Source of the DNA: Candidatus Moanibacter sp.
GTDB taxonomy: Bacteria > Verrucomicrobiota > Verrucomicrobiia > Opitutales > UBA2987
NCBI GenBank assembly: GCA_965215885.1
Contig: CBDCEW010000003.1
Span: forward strand, 1 to 20,231
DNA length: 20,231 nt
Direction of reading: 5' to 3'
The translations under genes and the position numbers were made by a program. Under the pieces are notes generated by a model. That model had not been told where the DNA came from and did not search any database. It saw nothing but the letters and a program-made list of their open reading frames with translations. Shown here in pieces: positions 17,946 through 20,231 of the stretch. How positions within the stretch are numbered: position 1 is the first letter of the stretch; each line of letters starts with the position of its first letter.

Positions 17946-19278
17946 TTAGGCTAGGAAACGGTAGGATTCCGGTTCATCGCGCCGCTCCCCGGGAGGCGTA
18001 GCGAAAAGGGCGATAAACACCATGGGAGCGGTGACCAGTGCAGCGGCGGTCAGGATGCTGTTATAGGATCCCAATATATCGTGAGCGACCCCCATAAAAA
18101 AGGGGCCCGTGCTTGAGGCAGCGATTTCGATAGTGATCACGGTTCCTCGGATCTTACCCAGATGAGCGCGGCCATAGTAACGCGCCAAGATAGTGGATAG
18201 CACGGACATGAACACGCCCAACCCCGCCCCGAGGACCACGGCAAACAGGCGCGAGGACCAGGGTGACGAAACGTAGGTGAGCAACCAGATCCCACTCGAG
18301 ATCCCGACCATTGAGGCCGATAGTAACCGATTTAGCTGGAAGCGATCAGCCATTATGCCTCCGACCAGCATCGATAGCGCCACGGCGACCGCGAAAATAC
18401 TGAACATATGGGCGGCATCTGCTTCCGCCAGGCCGACATCAAGGTAGATCTGAACGGCGTGGAAGTGGATGCCCGTGACGGTCAGCGCGGGCATGAACAC
18501 GGACGCCGCCAGGATCCAATAGGCGCGTGTCCGGATGGCGAAGCCAAGCTCATGGGCTTTCTCTGACACCGTATGATCCGGATGCGGTGGAGTGAGCGGC
18601 TCCATCTCCCTGCCGTCGGGCGCCTGACCCACGTCTTCGGGCGGTTGCGGAAGAGGAAAGCAAGCAAGGGAAGCACCATACCGACAACAAGGATTCCGAG
18701 AATGGCATAGGCTCCCCGCCAGCCGAAGGACTGGATGAGCCAGAGATTCGCGGACGGGATGATACCCATTGAGAGAGCGGAACCCACGCTGACCATGCCA
18801 ACGGCGAATCCAAGCTTGCGGTTAAACCACAGGGCCATGGTGTTGGCGGCTAGAAGATTCATTGATCCCCCGCCCAGCATGCGGAGAAAAAGGAAGGAGA
18901 GGAAGACAGTGACCAGCCCCGTGGCCTGAGACATAGCACCGCAGGTCAAGCCGAAGAGGATTACGACACCGGTCAGGATCCGGCGCGGACCGTAGCGGTC
19001 CATAAGGGTGCCGACATAGATCATGGGCAATGAAGCCAGCAGAGTACCGCACATATAGGCTCCCCCGATTTCGCTTTGGGACAGCCCAAGGTCATTCCGG
19101 ATATGGGGATTGAAAACGGAGACCCCATAGGTCTGTCCGGGGGAGGTTGCCACATGGATGAGGAGAACGATCGGGAGCATGACATGACCCAGCCGTAAAA
19201 GAACGGGATGCGCGAGGCTATCGGATCCGCTATCAGCGTGGGCTCCAAGTCCTTGCTTTTTCCGGGGCCAATAGCCAT
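17946..19278 (-). pseudogene. MFS transporter with two frameshifts, ~442 aa when repaired
   Basis: Motifs: FFYGWV, SPGQTYGVSVF, GTLMDRYGPR, WFNRKLG, RNRP(ED), GIMADRF and YYGRAHLGKIRG. There is a 5-bp duplication at 19179-19188 and a one-base loss at about 18639-18641. Confidence 0.85.
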
Positions 19279-19323
19279 GTTCGATGCCGTGCAAAAGTGG
19301 GTTGAGAAGATGATCTTCTTACC

Positions 19324-19512
19324 CTATTTCCTGAGCAAGACAGTAACGCGAATGAAGCAATTTGCTAACGGCCTTGCGTGTTCGTAATCCTCGGCCATCT
19401 CCAGGGAAAATGCGATACTGGGAAGAAATCCCGTCTGGTCTCCGGTGACCCGCAGGTTCTCAACTTCAGAGCGATCACACTCTGAGAGACCTAGCAACCG
19501 AATTCTACTCAC
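19324..19512 (-). pseudogene. N-terminal remnant of a GNAT acetyltransferase (BltD/spermidine acetyltransferase-like)
   Basis: From the GTG at 19512 it reads ...EVENLRVTGDQTGFLPSIAFSLEMAEDYEHARPLA, resembling the family's L.V..DQ..F......SL..A.......P.AI start. It ends after 62 aa with no acetyl-CoA binding motif. Confidence 0.45.
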
Positions 19513-19543
19513 CGGTGGTACCCGTGCGGGCGGAAGTGTAACG

Positions 19544-20230
19544 CTAAAGGTGACGCACATGCGACCGACGGAGCGCGGTCCTGAGCCAGGAGAGCCTCGG
19601 AGCAATCATCCAGTCGAACAGGAGAATAACCAGGATCGAGAGCGCAACGGTCGGAAGAAGGACGGCAAGGATACAGGCGATAACCCTGACTCCTGACGGC
19701 CAGCGCTCCCACGACGGTTTCGGAGGAGCCGCAAGCTCACCCTTAGGCCGCCGCTTCCACCACATCACAAAGCCGGTCACGGCCATAAAAATCAGTGACA
19801 TGGCAATGATCAAGTTGATGATCTGATTTGCCCGACCAAAGAACTTCCCCTGATGAAGATCGACACCAGTATTTACGATTCTGGGAACGATGGGCTTATC
19901 GCTCCATTGTTTTATGGCGATGACTTCACCCGTGTAACCGTTCAACTTCACCCCGCGCATGTCCCGTGTCCGTGGCTCCATGTTCGTAACCGTGTACACG
20001 CTCCTATTAAGATCCAGAGGAAGAGAGATCCGGATTGGGTCACTGCTCCCCAGTGCTTTGGCGTAATCCACAACCTTCTGTAGAGGGATGGGTTGCTTTT
20101 CGCCTGAAGCGCTAGCCGCAAGCGAAATGCCGGGCTGGTGGGGCTGAACTTCAACGAATCCAGGCGAGGTCTGGCCGCTTGCACGCTGGACCGTTGCCAG
20201 GAGAGTCCCCCCCCAAATGAGGGCCCAAGG
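19544..20230 (-). CDS. PepSY-associated TM helix (PiuB-like, iron-regulated) membrane protein, 5'-truncated by the window edge
   Basis: The frame is open to the window end (PWALIWGG...). Motifs: NGYTGEV, LHQGKFFGRANQ and VTGFVMWWKRRP. Confidence 0.88.
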   Translation of the reverse strand, partial: PWALIWGGTLLATVQRASGQTSPGFVEVQPHQPGISLAASASGEKQPIPLQKVVDYAKALGSSDPIRISLPLDLNRSVYTVTNMEPRTRDMRGVKLNGYTGEVIAIKQWSDKPIVPRIVNTGVDLHQGKFFGRANQIINLIIAMSLIFMAVTGFVMWWKRRPKGELAAPPKPSWERWPSGVRVIACILAVLLPTVALSILVILLFDWMIAPRLSWLRTALRRSHVRHL

Positions 20231-20231
20231 T

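Overview
This is a bacterial chromosome segment. The gene content and protein style suggest Verrucomicrobia/Opitutales, which is an inference. Positions 1-14008 are core-like. They carry a + strand GT4-GT4-Spt-like alpha-oxoamine synthase-GT9 cluster, which converges on - strand genes for a GT4, a FabB/F-type ketosynthase and an ACP-dehydratase fusion. Further along are smc, one lptF/G permease and rpiB. Positions ~14150-20231 are accessory and decayed. They hold an internally deleted IS91-family HUH transposase remnant, a small AT-rich cassette-like ORF between two inward-facing GTTGGG sites in ~90-bp imperfect palindromes, and an intact IS4 element that interrupts that ORF. Beyond these are a tRNA 3'-end fragment with IHF-like and arm-type repeats (an island att site) and cargo genes (truncated secreted protein, frameshifted MFS transporter, GNAT remnant, PepSY-TM protein). 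Several single-base frameshifts in short runs (fabB, smc, MFS) are probably sequencing errors. All calls come from motif recognition by eye; no database searches were run.
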